The notes under the pieces are model-generated. The model was not told where the DNA came from and searched no databases. It saw only the letters and a list, made by a program, of their open reading frames with translations. A DNA stretch of 64,000 bases, taken from positions 10,914,001-10,978,000 of the forward strand of contig CM075992.1 of assembly GCA_038087875.1 (NCBI GenBank), in the 5' to 3' direction. The stretch is from Malacoraja senta. Lineage: Eukaryota. Positions 61,096 to 64,000 of this stretch are shown here, one piece after another (position 1 is the first letter of the stretch; each line of letters begins with the position of its first letter). The position numbers were made by a program, and so were the translations under genes.

Positions 61096-61856
61096 ATTTT
61101 TACTTTCTCTACGAAACTGCAAATTTTAAAATCGCGCGCGCTTATATCCATGACGCGTAAAAGGCAGGTAATCATGCGTCACCATGCACTACATGTACGA
61201 GGTCAGGACGTCAGCGTGCGATCGCAGTACGTCCGCGTGCGTAAGCGATACGCCACGCGGGTGGCGCGCGAAGATTTAGTGCAGCACGAAATCCTGGAGC
61301 GTCGTGCGATGCCGCGCGCAACTCCACACTTCCCCACACATCTCCATGCGCCCGTCCCGCGCTACCCACACGCTACCCGTGCGTCACAACGCGACGACCA
61401 AATTTTTGGAGGTCGTGTAAATGGCGCACAATTGACGGCCAAGTGGGACAGGCGCTTAAGACTTCACAATTACTCCTCACTTCCTTAGCTTCCACGAACA
61501 CCTCCACAGTAAAAACATGGGAAATATTGACTTACTATCTCTCCATCCTGTGGTTCTACACCATGATGGTCATGCTAATCTTTAAGTAAATCTGGTTTTC
61601 CCATAGCCACTCTTTTACTCTTAAGATTTCATGTCCTCTTTATGCTTTCCTGATTGTCTGATAGTGAAGTACAGTTTAGTCAAGGCGAGGTTTAGGTATG
61701 AGGAGAAGTTTAGTAGTGAGGTATCGTCAAGGCGAGGGGTTTAGTGAGGCGAGGGGATCAGTCGAGGTGTAAGTGTGTAGGTGACGAGAAGTGAGCGTAG
61801 GTGAGGTGAGGAGAAGTGGGTGTCTTAGCTCAGGAAGGGAGACCAAGGAGTCAAGA

Positions 61857-62340
61857 CCACAGCCTTCTGTGGCAGAGAATTCCACAAATTCACAACTCTG
61901 GGTGAACAAGTTTTTTCTCATCTTAGTGCTAGGCAAAGAGACATTTCAGTAAACATATTTTTTGTAAAGATTATTTTAGCTGTAGGAGGCCATTTATTGA
62001 GACATATAAGATTAGTAAGGATTTGGACACGCTAGAGGCAGGAAACATATCTCCAATGCTGGGGGAGTCCAGAACCAGGGGCCACAGTTTAAGAATAAGT
62101 GGTAGGCCATTTAGAACGGTGAGTTGTGAATCTGTGGAATTCTCTGCCTCAGAAGGCAGTGGAGGCTAATTCTCTGGAGAGAGAGATAGATAGAGCTCTT
62201 AAAGATAGCAGAGTCAAGGGATATGGGGAGAAGGCAGGAATGGGGTAATAATTATGGATGATCAGCCATGTCACAGTGAATGGTGGTGCTGGATCGAAGG
62301 GCCGAATGGCATAATCCTGCACCTATTGTCTATTGTTTAT
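61857..62340. mobile_element. CR1 3'-end fragments (short minus piece, then plus piece)
   Basis: gtgaatctgtggaattctctgcc...cgaagggccgaatggc, as in the other CR1 3' ends. Confidence 0.7.
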
Positions 62341-64000
62341 TTCATGAAATATATATCTTTTTGGGGTTATTTTACTGATTATGTGTTAGAAAAATTCTAA
62401 GCTTCTGTTATGTAAACTACCAGCAGAAAGCTTGAGAATCACTTTCAATTTATTGAAAAAGCAGGAGCTTCAGGGGGAGTTGCCCCTTGAACTCCCACCG
62501 GGGCGCTGCCCCTGGACCCCTCTGAGGGCCTAGCCAGCCTCCTGGACCACCTGCCAATACTTCCTACTTTTTTCTGGAGGTGAATATCATGCTTAGTCCA
62601 CATTGCTCAAAATTTTGGGGTCTACTGTATCAGAAGGGGTTTAAATTTTTTTTTTTAATAATATAGTGTAATTCAATACAAAATAATAGTTAAAATAAAA
62701 ACTAAAAGGTTATTAAAGTATCATGTAGGCTAGACGTAAATGAAAAAAAGTTCAAATTAAGGATGTTTCTAAATTTATTTTTTCTATAAAATAATTATAA
62801 ATAATTTAAAACACTATTAACATTTATGACAGAAATTAAAATTTGTGGTGATCTGTCATGGAACAACCCCATTTAAGAAGATAACAGTGGTTACCCAGAT
62901 CTCATTGCTGGTTGCGATTGCAAAGGGGCCCCTATAATAGTTCAAGCTTCAGGGCCTCAAAAATGTAGGTCCTCCACTGTGTAGGATAGTGCTGGTATAT
63001 GGGGTGATCACTGGCCGGCGTGGACTCGATGCGCTGAAGGCCCCGTTGCCATGCTGTATCTCTAAAGTCTAAAATCAAAAGTAGGTAGTTGAAGGAGGTG
63101 CAAAAAAAGCATTCAAAAGACACTTAGTGTTCATGGATATAAAAAGTTTAGAGGGATATAGGACAAACATGGGTAAATGTCGACAACCAATATACACTGC
63201 ATCTTGGGCAGCATGGATGAGTTGGGCCAAAGGGCATGTTTCTGCGCTGTATGACTCTATATTTTGCCAAAATGCAACACCTCATACTTATCTGCATTAA
63301 ACTCTATTTGCCATTCCTTGGTCCACTTATCCAGCTGTTCAAGATACTATCGTAATTTTTGATGACCATCTTCACTGTCTACGACCACCTACTTTTGTGT
63401 AATTTGCAAACTTACTAATCATGCCTTGCATGTTTTCATCCAAATCATTGCTATAAACCACAAATAACAATGGGCCCAACACCAATCCTTGAGGCTCAAC
63501 ATGAGTCACAGGCATTTCTGAATCAACTGCAATAATCTACAAGATGGTGTAGTGTGATGGCGATCTTTTGTGACGATATCACCAATACACTGAAGTAAAC
63601 AGGAAAGCTGTGAAATGCTCTTTACATCCTCTGATAAAAGCAATGTATTGGAGGAACTCAGCAGCTCGGGCAGCATCTGTGGAGGGAATGAAGACGACAT
63701 TTCAGGTCGGGTGTGACAAAGGGTCCTGACCTGAAATGTCATCTGTCCATCACATTCTTACTTCATTAATTAAAAAGATCATGGGATGTCAGGAAGTGAG
63801 TTGCTTGCCACAGAATACCCAGGCTTTGACCTGCACTTATGGTTGGTTGAGTTGGGTTTCATGTTGGCAGTGATATCCAGGGTTTGGACTACAGGGGACT
63901 CAATGACAGTACTATTGACTGTTAAGGGTAGCTGTTTAGACTCTCAACCTGAAGTTTATCACATGTTTCTTTATGGAGTCTGTGCCAGTTTGTATAACAA

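Larger units (their letters stand above)
59158..61456. mobile_element. PIF/Harbinger element ends enclosing later insertions
   Basis: taa|agggcctgtcccagttggttgtca ... tgacggccaagtgggacaggcgct|taa. Confidence 0.55.

Noticed and set aside
54184..62979. cagtggcgga (54184) and tcctccactg (62979) as ends of one hAT
   Set aside because: Flanks ttcagtcc and tgtaggat are not a TSD, and the TIR match is short.

Overview
Eukaryotic, repeat-dominated vertebrate DNA. The repeat repertoire (CR1, Rex1/Babar, L2, Penelope, V-SINE-like, DIRS) suggests a cartilaginous fish, probably a skate or ray; this is inference. No intact host gene is present. The only host-derived coding sequence is a decayed 3' fragment of zic5 (36827-37208) with a frameshift and a lost zinc-ligand His. 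The only long intact ORF is an L1 ORF2 (11270-15061, -) in a young 5'-truncated insertion, and its empty target site survives in a nearby duplicate. Highlights: (1) a P-element-like CAAAGAT family seen as a 382-bp MITE, as a 36-bp fused-TIR excision-footprint-like relic with a perfect 8-bp TSD, and at the breakpoint of an X-Y-Z-X-Z duplication; (2) a hAT family carrying Penelope RT cargo, in two differently deleted copies; (3) a ~1.04-kb TAG...CTA element with 7-bp TSDs; (4) stacked non-autonomous Helitrons; (5) Penelope-type minimal hammerhead motifs; (6) two long related palindromes. Boundaries of decayed repeats were read by eye and are approximate unless a TSD or TIR is given.
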